From the NCBI GenBank assembly GCA_036274475.1, contig DASUFO010000059.1:1151-65150 (forward strand): a DNA stretch of 64,000 nt, given 5' to 3'. Positions 26,869-34,745 of the stretch are shown in pieces (within the stretch, counting starts at the first letter, position 1; each line of letters begins with the position of its first letter). The notes beneath the pieces were generated by a model. That model made no database searches. It was not told the DNA's origin and saw only the letters and a list, made by a program, of their open reading frames with translations. Position numbers and translations under genes: made by a program. The DNA is from Candidatus Limnocylindrales bacterium (GTDB lineage Bacteria; Chloroflexota; Limnocylindria; Limnocylindrales; CSP1-4).

Positions 26869-27722
26869 CGGCCGATGATGCGCGCGTAGGCACCCAGTCG
26901 CAGGCGCGCGCCGCTCTGTGCCCGGAGCGCCAGCTCGCCCGCGTCGACGTCGGCTGGGCGTCGCCGCAGTGCTGACGCAAGCTGGTCGGCGAGTCGGTCG
27001 GGCCCAAAGCCGTGGCTGTGCGCGCTCAGCACCGCGAACGCCGGCCGCGGCCCGGTCAGGACGACACAGGCGTCGAGGAGACCGGGCAGCCGTTCGCTCA
27101 GACGCCACGTCCGGCCGCCGGCGCCGTGACCGTAGCTCGGCGGATCGAGGACGAACCCGTCGTACGGCCGTCCCCGGCGCTGCTCGCGAGCGACGAACGC
27201 CTCGGCGTCGTCGACGATCCAGCGAACCGGCCGATCGGCGAGGGCCGAGAGGTCGGCATTCCGGCGCGCCCACGCTACGGTCGGCCGCGAACCGTCGACG
27301 TGGGTGACCGCGGCGCCGGCGGCGACCGCGGACAGCGTCATCGCCCCGGTGTAGGCGAACAGGTTCAGGACGGCGGGCTCGCCGCCCGTCACGGTGAGCT
27401 GCCCGATCAGGTCGCGGACCCAGGCGCGGTTCGACCCCTGCTCCGGGAACAGGCCGACCTGTCCCGTGGCCGTCGGCCGCAGCTCGAGCCGCAGGTCGCC
27501 CTCGACCATCTCCCATGCACCGGGGACTTCCTGGCCGGCCCGTGCGAGCCAGCCGGCGTCGCGCTCGTAGCGCAGGTCGGCGCCGTCCCACGCGTCGGGC
27601 GCGCGGAGCGGATCGTCGGCGCCGGGCGCCGGCCGGTCGACGACGAAGTCGCCGAACCGTTCCAGGCGGCGTCCGTCACCAGCGTCCAGGAGCTCATATC
27701 CGCTCGTCATCGTGGAGCGCAT
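26865..27722 (-). CDS. class I SAM-dependent RNA methyltransferase (RlmI/RlmK/YwbD-like catalytic domain)
   Basis: VLNLFAYTGAMTL (motif I) and FVLDPPSY (motif IV), preceded by an EEHEE-like N-terminal domain. The start is ATG at 27722 or 27710. Confidence 0.75.
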   Translation of the reverse strand: MRSTMTSGYELLDAGDGRRLERFGDFVVDRPAPGADDPLRAPDAWDGADLRYERDAGWLARAGQEVPGAWEMVEGDLRLELRPTATGQVGLFPEQGSNRAWVRDLIGQLTVTGGEPAVLNLFAYTGAMTLSAVAAGAAVTHVDGSRPTVAWARRNADLSALADRPVRWIVDDAEAFVAREQRRGRPYDGFVLDPPSYGHGAGGRTWRLSERLPGLLDACVVLTGPRPAFAVLSAHSHGFGPDRLADQLASALRRRPADVDAGELALRAQSGARLRLGAYARIIGR

Positions 27723-27779
27723 GATGACCCGGAAACCGCCGGCGTCGCGCGACCGTACCTCCCCGGAGGAGGTGTCGGG

Positions 27780-27959
27780 ATGCTCAGTCGGGTCCGTCAT
27801 CGGGGGTTCGTCGTCGCGTTTGCGTTGTTCGTCGGGGTCGCCGCCGCGTGCACGCCCGGCGGAGGCGGCGGTGGTGGCGGGACGACGACGACACCGGCGC
27901 CGGTCGCACCCAGCGTCCCGGCCGGCTCGGGCGCGCCGGGCAGGTACGGCGACTACTGA
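27780..27959 (+). CDS. small putative lipoprotein (59 aa)
   Basis: GGAGGAGG lies 7 nt upstream of the ATG. The signal peptide ends in the lipobox VAAAC and is followed by a Gly/Thr/Pro linker. GC3 is high in this frame. Confidence 0.5.
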   Translation: MLSRVRHRGFVVAFALFVGVAAACTPGGGGGGGGTTTTPAPVAPSVPAGSGAPGRYGDY

Positions 27960-28173
27960 TCCGGGGCGACGGGCCGCCGTTCGTTGTCGTTCCGGGAAGG
28001 GCTCGGCTACAATGCGCCGAGCCGGCGGGCCCGAATCGGGACGTGGCGGCATCACCGGCGGGGAACGGAACGCCTCGCATCCAACGGTGGCGCCGGCGCG
28101 GTTCGATACGGATTCGACGGTCAGGTTCCGTCAGATCGGACCCCAGCCAGGGTTCGGGACGCCGGAGCCGCTT

Positions 28174-28250
28174 GGGCGGCTAGCTCAGCTGGTTAGAGCA
28201 CTTGCTTGACATGCAAGAGGTCACTGGTTCGAGTCCAGTGTCGCCCACCA
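28174..28250 (+). tRNA. tRNA-Val (anticodon GAC)
   Basis: It folds by eye into a cloverleaf: 7-bp acceptor stem (one G-U pair), D arm GCTCAGCTGGTTAGAGC, anticodon stem CTTGC/GCAAG with loop TTGACAT, T arm ACTGG-TTCGAGT-CCAGT, discriminator A and an encoded CCA. Confidence 0.95.
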
Positions 28251-28279
28251 TTCCCTTCACACGCATGAGCTGATCGCCC

Positions 28280-29068
28280 GTGCCCGACGATCTGCGTCCG
28301 TCTCCGGCGGAGTACTACGCCGAGACCTACGACGTCTCGGTGGCCGATTGACCCGGCGAACTCGAGTTCTACGAGCGCCTCGCGGCGGAGGCTCACGGAG
28401 AGGTCCTCGAACTCGCAGCCGGCACCGGCCGGATCGCGATCCGGCTCGCCAGTGCCGGGTTCCGGGTGACGGCGCTCGACCGATCGGCCGAGATGCTCGC
28501 GGTGGGCCGAGCAAAGAGCGCCGACCTGTCGGAGCTCGAGTGGGTTCATGCCGACATGCGGGCGTTCGACCTCGACCGGACGGTCGCGCTCATCCTCGTT
28601 CCGGGCCACTCATTCCTGAATCTCGTGACGTCTGACGACCAGCTGGCCTGCCTCCAGGCCGCTCGACGTCACGTGTCGCCCGGCTGCCGCCTCGTCCTCC
28701 ACCTCGACCACCAGGACCTCGGGTGGTTGGGCGAGATCGGCGGATCGAAGGCCGGCGTCTTCGAGCCCGCGGAATCGTTCGTTCACCCCGCGACCGGGCG
28801 GCGGGTGCGGACGGAACGTGCGTGGCGGTTCGAACGATCGACGCAGTCCGCGATCGTCAACACCCGCTGGACCGAGCTCGACGAAGCCGGCGACGTGGTC
28901 CGCGAACTGGTGACCGGCGAGCGGAGGCTCCACGCGGCGTTCCGCTTCGAGATCGAGCACCTCATCGCGCGAGCCGGCTTCGCCGTGGACGCGGTCTACG
29001 GCGACTTCGGCATGGGCCCGCTGGCCGACGCGTCCTCCGAAATGATCTTCGTCGCGAGCGCTACCTGA
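28280..29068 (+). pseudogene. class I SAM-dependent methyltransferase interrupted by an in-frame TGA (28349-28351)
   Basis: Read from the GTG at 28280, the frame gives VPDDLRPSPAEYYAETYDVSVAD*PGELEFYERLAAEAHGEVLELAAGTGRIAIRLASAGFRVTALDRSAEML... The SAM-binding motif I (LELAAGTGR) lies between the TGA and the first possible restart (GTG at 28466). Confidence 0.7.
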
Positions 29069-29072
29069 CGCG

Positions 29073-30467
29073 TCAGTCGCAGCCCGGAGGGTCCTCCGGC
29101 GCCGGGACGTAGACGACGGAGTGGCCGTTCGCGGTCGCCGTGACCGTTGGTGGGTCACCCGCCTTGAGCAGCACCTCGAGCGCGATCGCGTCGGAGTTGA
29201 CGAGCGGTTGCCATTCGGGGGGCACGAAGTCTGTGCTGCCGTCGGGGACCGTCGTGCGCCACGCGATGTCGTTGATCACGCCGAGCCACTCGACCCCGCA
29301 GTGGACCGGCAGCAGATACGGCGAGACGGGGAAGTCGGTCTCGATGAATGCGCCCGATTCGTAGACCTGCGGCGCCGGAAGCGCGGGATCGCCGTGGACC
29401 TGCCCGGCCGCGGCGACTGATCCGGGCGCGCGCAGGTCGGCCTCGACGATCGTCCGTTCTTCGGGCGCACCGCCGGGCGGGTCGGCATCAGCCAGCTGGA
29501 TCCCGAACGGCGGCGCCGGGAGGCGCGACCGATCGACTGCGACCACATAGGCGTGTGGCAGGGCATCGGCCGTGCAGACCCCGGGCGGGTCGACGTTGAC
29601 GATGTCCGGGTAGACGAGCTGCCCAGCCTGGTCGAAGACCACCGCGTCGAGACGCAGGTTCGGGCAGCTCGAGCCGTAGACGGCGCCGAACCAGATCACG
29701 ACATCGGCTGCAAGATCGACCTCGGGCGGCTCGCCGGCGAGCGGGATCTCGCGCCAGAGCTCGGCGAGGGACGCCTCGTCCCAGGCGATGCCGGTTCGAT
29801 ACACCTGCCCTGACCGTTCGTCCGCGAGGAGTCGCCAGCCGTCGCCGGTGGCGTGCTGCGGCCCGGGCTCCGGCAGGTCGGCGGGGTCGGCGCCGTCAAC
29901 GCAGATCGGCTCGCCGGCGAAGGTTTCGTTGAGCAGCGCGAGCCGCTCCTCGCTCAGCACGCCGAGCCCGACCTCGACGACGCCGCGGTGGACCATCGCG
30001 CCGGTGCTGATCGGAAAGTGCTGGCCCAGTTGCTGCTGAACGCGCTGCTGGAGCGCGTCGAGCTGTGCGCTCGTTCGATCGACCTTGACCGCGACGACGC
30101 CGACGCCGGGGAACTCGCGCTCGAGATCCGCCTGTCGGGCGTCGACACCCTCGCTGAAGCCGACGGTGAGCCAGCCATGGTGCTGGCGGTCGATCCAGAG
30201 CTCCTGGAACCCGGGTTGTCCGGTCGCCCACGCCTGAACGGCTTCGATCGGCATCTCGTTACCGACGTAGATTGGCGTGTCGCGGTACCAGTTCGCTGGA
30301 GCTTCGATCTGGGGCACGTCAACGCACAGGGGAAATGCGTCGCCCGTCGCCGCCGAGGGGCGAACGCGCGCGGAGGGAGCAGTCTGACTCTGAGAGGACG
30401 GCGCAGAGCAACCGACGATGAGCACGATGAAGGCGATGAGCGTCGCGAGCGGACGGGTCCTGGCCAT
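29073..30467 (-). CDS. hypothetical lipoprotein (464 aa)
   Basis: The ATG at 30465-30467 is preceded by GGAGG. The signal peptide carries the lipobox LIVGCS. I recognise no family for the large Cys-containing extracytoplasmic domain. Confidence 0.65.
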   Translation of the reverse strand: MARTRPLATLIAFIVLIVGCSAPSSQSQTAPSARVRPSAATGDAFPLCVDVPQIEAPANWYRDTPIYVGNEMPIEAVQAWATGQPGFQELWIDRQHHGWLTVGFSEGVDARQADLEREFPGVGVVAVKVDRTSAQLDALQQRVQQQLGQHFPISTGAMVHRGVVEVGLGVLSEERLALLNETFAGEPICVDGADPADLPEPGPQHATGDGWRLLADERSGQVYRTGIAWDEASLAELWREIPLAGEPPEVDLAADVVIWFGAVYGSSCPNLRLDAVVFDQAGQLVYPDIVNVDPPGVCTADALPHAYVVAVDRSRLPAPPFGIQLADADPPGGAPEERTIVEADLRAPGSVAAAGQVHGDPALPAPQVYESGAFIETDFPVSPYLLPVHCGVEWLGVINDIAWRTTVPDGSTDFVPPEWQPLVNSDAIALEVLLKAGDPPTVTATANGHSVVYVPAPEDPPGCD

Positions 30468-30580
30468 CGGGCACCTCCGGAGATCGGCCATAGACGCCGG
30501 ACCGTCGACGTTTGTGCCGAAGGATGGGTCGAGGGCTGGTAGACTCCGTCGCACATCGAACGCGACGATCGGGACAGCCG

Positions 30581-30797
30581 GCGTCGAGACGGAGCCCAGA
30601 GAGAGCCGGGACGCGGCTGGAAGCCCGGCGGCCACCGACGACGACGCACCACCCGTGAGCGACCGGCGAACCGGTCCGGGATCCGCCCGTTACCGCGGAG
30701 TTGAGAGCGCGAAACCGGCGTGAGCCGGCGCCGCGAACGCGGGTGGAACCGCGGGAGGATCAGACCTCTCGTCCTGCACGGACGAGAGGTTTCGTGA
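30581..30797 (+). promoter_or_regulatory. T-box leader (threonine-specific) upstream of thrS
   Basis: There is an AG-box AGAGAG (30598-30603) and a distal hairpin GCCGGG...GGCTGGAA...CCCGGC. ACC codons occur at 30634, 30648 and 30651. The T-box sequence AACGCGGGTGGAACCGCGGGAGG (30736-30758) matches the GGGUGGNACCGCG consensus. A terminator hairpin follows. Confidence 0.8.
30764..30797 (+). terminator. T-box terminator hairpin
   Basis: 11-bp perfect stem ACCTCTCGTCC (30764-30774) / GGACGAGAGGT (30780-30790) followed by TTTCGTGATTC. Its 5' arm can pair alternatively with the T-box GGGAGG segment to form an antiterminator. Confidence 0.6.
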
Positions 30798-30814
30798 TTC
30801 TCGGGAGAGTTGAC

Positions 30815-32668
30815 ATGGCGGACGTGAAAGAACAACAGGACGTCGAGGGGATCGAGGATGCGATCGACGCGTTCGAGGCGCCCGAGAAGGGCTCCGCGGA
30901 CGAGCTGCTCGACGCGCGCGCCGGCGACCCCCTCGACCCGATGCGCCACTCGGCCGCCCATGTGATGGCCGAGGCGGTCCTCGACCTGTTCCCGGGCACG
31001 AAGCTCGGGATCGGGCCGGCCATCCAGGACGGCTTCTACTACGACTTCCAGCTCGACCGGCCGCTCAAGCCGGACGATCTCGAGAGGATCGAGGCCCGGA
31101 TGGCGGAGAGCGTCAAGGCCGATCACCCATTCGTCCGCAAGGAGCTCTCGCCGGAGGAGGGGAGAGCGTTCTTCGTCGAGGGCGACCAGCCGTTCAAGGT
31201 CGAGATCCTCGACGACCTCGCGGCCAAGGCGCGGGCGAGCGGCTCACCGATGCCGCCGACGACGGTCTACGAGCACGGCCCGTTCGTCGACCTCTGCCGG
31301 GGACCGCACGTCGAGAGCACGGGCAAGATCGGCCCGTTCAAGTTGCTCGCGATTTCCGGCGCCTACTGGCGCGGCGACCAGTCGCGGCCGTCGCTCCAGC
31401 GCGTCTACGGCACGGTCTGGTCGACGCAGGAGGAGCTCGACCAATACCTGTGGCGGCGGGCCGAGGCCAAGAAGCGCGACCACCGACGCCTGGGCTTGCA
31501 GCTCGACCTCTACTCGTTCCACGACGTCGCGCCCGGGTCGGCCTTCTGGCACCCGAAGGGCTGGCGGCTCTACCAGACGCTGCGCGACGCGATGCGCGAG
31601 CTCCAGGACCGCCGCGGCTACCAGGAGATCTACACGCCGCCGCTCGTCCACCGCAAGCTCTGGGAGCGGTCGGGCCACTGGGAGCACTACCGCGATTCGA
31701 TGTACCTGCTCGACATCGACGGCGAGGAATACAGCCTCAAGCCGATGAACTGCCCGGAGTCGTCATTCGTGTACAAGTCGCGGGTCCGGTCGTACCGCGA
31801 CTTGCCGCTGCGGCTGGCGGAGTATGGCGTCCTCCACCGGAACGAGAAATCCGGCGTGTTCTCAGGCCTGACGCGGGTCCGCCACTTCGTGACGGACGAC
31901 GGCCACTGCTTCGTCCGCCCGGACCAGATCGGAGCCGAAATCCAGGGGCTCATGGAGGACATTCGCGAGGCGTACTCGTGGTTCGGGCTCGAACCGACGC
32001 TGACGTTCGGGACGATGCCCGACAAGCACCTCGGCGACGCTGCCGTCTGGGAGGAGACCGAGGCGATCATGAAGGCCGAGCTCGACAAGTCGGGCCTCAA
32101 GTACCGGATCAAGCCGAAGGATGGTGCGTTCTACGCGCCGAAGATCGACATCCAGGTCGAGGACGCACTTGGGCGCGAGTGGCAGACGGCGACGATCCAG
32201 GTTGACCGGCTGATGCTGCCCGAGCGGTTCGACCTCTGGTACATCGACGAGGAAGGCCACCAGCAGCGGCCGGTGGCGATCCACCGGGCGATCTACGGCT
32301 CGCTCGAGCGGTTCATCGGCGTGCTGATCGAGCACTTCGCGGGCGCGCTGCCGTTCTGGTGCTCGCCGGTCCAGGCTGTGGTGATCCCGATCGCGGATCG
32401 TCATCTAGAGGCGGCCGAAGAGTTGGCCGGCGTCCTCCGCGGGCGGGGGCTCAGGGTGGAGGTCGACGCGTCGTCGAACCGGATGCAGAACAAGATCCGG
32501 CTCGCCCAGGAACAGAAGATCCCGTACATGGTCGTGCTGGGCGACCGCGAGATCGCCGCGCGCACGGCGTCGCCACGCACGCGCGCGGGCGAACAGCAGG
32601 AGCCGGAGCCATGGGACTCGTTCGCCGACCGGCTTGCGGCGGAGGCCGCGCAACGAAAGGCCGGTTGA
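30815..32668 (+). CDS. thrS: threonine--tRNA ligase (no N-terminal TGS domain)
   Basis: 617 aa from the ATG at 30815. It has the editing-domain motif RHSAAHVMAEAV near residue 43, the class II core (YRDLPLRLAEYGVLHRNE, FVTDDGHCF, QVDRLMLPERF) and an anticodon-binding domain. Confidence 0.95.
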   Translation: MADVKEQQDVEGIEDAIDAFEAPEKGSADELLDARAGDPLDPMRHSAAHVMAEAVLDLFPGTKLGIGPAIQDGFYYDFQLDRPLKPDDLERIEARMAESVKADHPFVRKELSPEEGRAFFVEGDQPFKVEILDDLAAKARASGSPMPPTTVYEHGPFVDLCRGPHVESTGKIGPFKLLAISGAYWRGDQSRPSLQRVYGTVWSTQEELDQYLWRRAEAKKRDHRRLGLQLDLYSFHDVAPGSAFWHPKGWRLYQTLRDAMRELQDRRGYQEIYTPPLVHRKLWERSGHWEHYRDSMYLLDIDGEEYSLKPMNCPESSFVYKSRVRSYRDLPLRLAEYGVLHRNEKSGVFSGLTRVRHFVTDDGHCFVRPDQIGAEIQGLMEDIREAYSWFGLEPTLTFGTMPDKHLGDAAVWEETEAIMKAELDKSGLKYRIKPKDGAFYAPKIDIQVEDALGREWQTATIQVDRLMLPERFDLWYIDEEGHQQRPVAIHRAIYGSLERFIGVLIEHFAGALPFWCSPVQAVVIPIADRHLEAAEELAGVLRGRGLRVEVDASSNRMQNKIRLAQEQKIPYMVVLGDREIAARTASPRTRAGEQQEPEPWDSFADRLAAEAAQRKAG

Positions 32669-32702
32669 TCGCGAGATAAGCGACGGCAGCCATGCTGGCG
32701 CA

Positions 32703-33452
32703 ATGGATGCCGTTCGGTTAGGCCGCCAGTACCGCGCGCTCCGCGTGCGAAAGGGCCGGCGACAGGAAGACGTTGGTCGCGCGGCGAAGCTTTCGCGGCC
32801 GAAGGTCTCTCGCATTGAGCGTGGGCTGCTGGCAGGCGTCGTGGTCGGCGACCTGGAGCGAGCCGCCGCCGCCCTTGGAGCGACCCTGGACGTCCGTCTT
32901 CGGTGGAACGGCGAGGCGCTCGATCGGCTGCTGGACGAGGTGCACGCCCGACTGGTCGAGGTGGCCGTCGCGATGCTCCGGGCGTCCGGCTGGGAGGTGG
33001 CCGTCGAGGTTTCGTTCTCGATTTGGGGCGAGCGCGGCTCGATCGACATCCTTGCCTACCACCGCTTGACCGGGATTGTTCTCGTGATCGAAGTCAAGTC
33101 GGTCATCCCCGACAGCCAGGCGCTTCTTCACGACCTTGATCGCAAGGCCCGTCTGGCGAGGCAGATTGCTGAAGAGCGCGGTTGGCGCGTCCGTGGCATC
33201 GCCCGGCTCCTCGTCGTTGGGGCGTCGGTCACCGCCCGTCGCCGCGTGTCCAACCTCGCGTCGACCTACGACCTGGCGTTCCCCGCGCGAGGCAGCGCTG
33301 TCCGTCGCTGGCTTCGCAATCCCGAGGGCCCGATGTCGGGGCTGCTGTTTGTGTCATCCGCGCACGGAGCGAGCACTAGAGACGGCCGAGTGGCTCGAGA
33401 GCGGGTCCGACGGCCTCGGATTGGAACTAACGCTCGTCAGATGCGCGTATGA
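32703..33452 (+). CDS. XRE-type HTH domain fused to a PD-(D/E)xK nuclease-fold domain
   Basis: 249 aa from the ATG at 32703. The HTH is LRVRKGRRQEDVGRAAKLSRPKVSRIERG. Downstream there is GWEVAVEVSF...GSIDILAY...IVLVIEVKS, an E...D...E-x-K arrangement. Confidence 0.65.
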   Translation: MDAVRLGRQYRALRVRKGRRQEDVGRAAKLSRPKVSRIERGLLAGVVVGDLERAAAALGATLDVRLRWNGEALDRLLDEVHARLVEVAVAMLRASGWEVAVEVSFSIWGERGSIDILAYHRLTGIVLVIEVKSVIPDSQALLHDLDRKARLARQIAEERGWRVRGIARLLVVGASVTARRRVSNLASTYDLAFPARGSAVRRWLRNPEGPMSGLLFVSSAHGASTRDGRVARERVRRPRIGTNARQMRV

Positions 33453-33542
33453 GCTCGCTGGTGGCTCCACGACGCTCCAGCGCTCAGGGGGTGCGCGTAT
33501 GAGGGAAACGCGGGGCAGACCGGGCGGCGAGACGCCGGATCG

Positions 33543-33572
33543 TTGCCCGTGATTCTGGCCCTGTGCTATAGT
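33543..33572 (+). promoter_or_regulatory. candidate sigma-70 type promoter for infC (TTGCCC-18 nt-TATAGT)
   Basis: TTGCCC is at 33543-33548 and TATAGT at 33567-33572. This is the only AT-rich hexamer pair in the 200-nt leader. Confidence 0.35.
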
Positions 33573-33652
33573 CCCGCGGCGACTGCGGCCGGGCCGCTGC
33601 TTGCCCGTTGGCGGTCGGAGGAAGTCACGGAAATCGCTCGAAGGGGTCAGCC

Positions 33653-34525
33653 ATAGCACGAGACCTGCGCGTCAACCAGATGATCCGAATCCCACAGGTT
33701 CGGGTGGTCGATGAAGAAGGGGCCCAGCTGGGTGTCATGCCCACGCCCAAGGCTCTGGAAATGGCGCAGGAACGCGGCTACGACCTCGTCGAAGTGGCCC
33801 CGATGGCGTCCCCGCCGGTGGTCAAGTTCCTCGACTTCGGGCAGTACAAGTATGAGCTGACGAAGCGGGACAAGGAGAACAAGCGCCGGCAGCGCTCGGT
33901 GACGTTCAAGGAAGTTCGACTGACGCCGAAGATCGGCTCGGGCGACTTCGAAACGAAGGTTCACCGGGCGATCGAGTTTCTCGAGGACGGCGATCGGATC
34001 AAGGTCACGGTGCGGTTCCGGGGCCGGGAGCTCACGCACCCGGAGCTCGGCCGCAACATGCTTACCAGGTTCACGGAGCGAATCAAAGAGCACGGGACGC
34101 CGGAGCGGGCTCCGCTCCTCGAGGGCAAGTCGATGCACATCACCGTGGCATCGCTGCACAAGCCCAAGGAGCACGAGCCGCAGCAACGGCACGGCAAGGG
34201 TGGTCATCCGGCCGACGCCGAACCAGGCGCCGCACCGGCGGAAGCCCCGGCAGCCGCGGAAGCCCCGGCAGCCGCGGAGGCTCCGGCGCCCGCGGCACCG
34301 GCAGCCGCCCCAGCGGCAGCCAAGGCCCCGGAGCCCGCGGCGACTGAGCCAAAGGCCGCGGAACCAAAGCCGGTGGAGCCCAAGGCAGCGGAGCCCAAGG
34401 CCGCGGCCCCGACGAACGGCGAGGCGACCCCGGCCGCCGCGCCCCGACCGCAGGCGGCAGCCGCGGCGCCGGCCAGGCCGGCAGAACCGAAGAACGAACC
34501 AACCCCGGCAGCTACAGGAGAGTGA
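33653..34525 (+). CDS. infC: translation initiation factor IF-3 with a long Pro/Ala/Glu/Lys-rich C-terminal extension
   Basis: RVNQMIRIPQVRVVDEEGAQLGVM, YDLVEVAP...PVVKFLDFGQYKYE and KEVRLTPKIGSGDFETK...VTVRFRGRE are canonical IF-3 segments. The start is ambiguous: ATA at 33653 (AAGGGG 6 nt upstream) or TTG at 33608. The ATG at 33680 would truncate the conserved N-terminus. Confidence 0.9.
   Translation: MARDLRVNQMIRIPQVRVVDEEGAQLGVMPTPKALEMAQERGYDLVEVAPMASPPVVKFLDFGQYKYELTKRDKENKRRQRSVTFKEVRLTPKIGSGDFETKVHRAIEFLEDGDRIKVTVRFRGRELTHPELGRNMLTRFTERIKEHGTPERAPLLEGKSMHITVASLHKPKEHEPQQRHGKGGHPADAEPGAAPAEAPAAAEAPAAAEAPAPAAPAAAPAAAKAPEPAATEPKAAEPKPVEPKAAEPKAAAPTNGEATPAAAPRPQAAAAAPARPAEPKNEPTPAATGE
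34238..34291 (+). repeat. 18-nt tandem repeat (3 units, third degenerate) inside the infC tail
   Basis: GCGGAAGCCCCGGCAGCC occurs at 34238-34255 and 34256-34273, then GCGGAGGCTCCGGCGCCC follows. The repeat encodes (AEAPAA)n. Confidence 0.8.
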
Positions 34526-34532
34526 GGCACAG

Positions 34533-34730
34533 GTGCCCAAGATCAAGAGCCACAAGGCAGCCCAGAAGCGGATCGGTGCCACCGGCAGTGGCAAGGTGAT
34601 CCGTGTGAAGGCCTGGCGCGGGCACCACCTCGAGATCAAGTCGTCGCGCCGGACCCGCCGCTACGCGGGCAAGGCCGTGATGAAGGACGTCCACGCGAAG
34701 CAGGTCCGTCGCCTGCTGCCGTACCTCTAG
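34533..34730 (+). CDS. rpmI: 50S ribosomal protein L35
   Basis: The GTG at 34533 is preceded by AGGAGAG. The product PKIKSHKAAQKRIGATGSGKVIRVKAWRGHHL matches L35. Confidence 0.9.
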   Translation: MPKIKSHKAAQKRIGATGSGKVIRVKAWRGHHLEIKSSRRTRRYAGKAVMKDVHAKQVRRLLPYL

Positions 34731-34745
34731 GAGCGACCGAACCCG

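Noticed and set aside
27984-28024. TTGTCG-18 nt-TACAAT read as a promoter for tRNA-Val.
   Set aside because: The TACAAT lies in the loop of a strong hairpin (GGCTCGGC/GCCGAGCC, 28000-28024) about 160 nt upstream of the tRNA. It is equally well explained as a 3' structure of the small lipoprotein gene, so I cannot decide between the two.
28349-28351. The in-frame TGA read as evidence of a reassigned genetic code (TGA=Trp) or selenocysteine.
   Set aside because: TGA clearly functions as a stop at many tightly overlapping junctions in this window (for example 190-192, 6936-6938, 17018-17020, 18643-18645, 19410-19412 and 20382-20384). I saw no SECIS-like hairpin just downstream. A Cys/Sec would not be expected at this position of a methyltransferase.
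28174-30467. A genomic island integrated at tRNA-Val (the tRNA is followed by a broken methyltransferase and an orphan lipoprotein).
   Set aside because: There is no integrase and no direct repeat of the tRNA 3' end. GC content and codon usage look the same as in the surrounding core genes.
33442-33503. A 12-nt direct repeat TGCGCGTATGAG (33442-33453 and 33492-33503) read as a target-site duplication marking insertion of the HTH-nuclease gene.
   Set aside because: Both copies lie at the 3' end of the gene, 50 nt apart. They do not flank the gene, and no matching copy lies near 32670-32703. It may be chance or a small local duplication.
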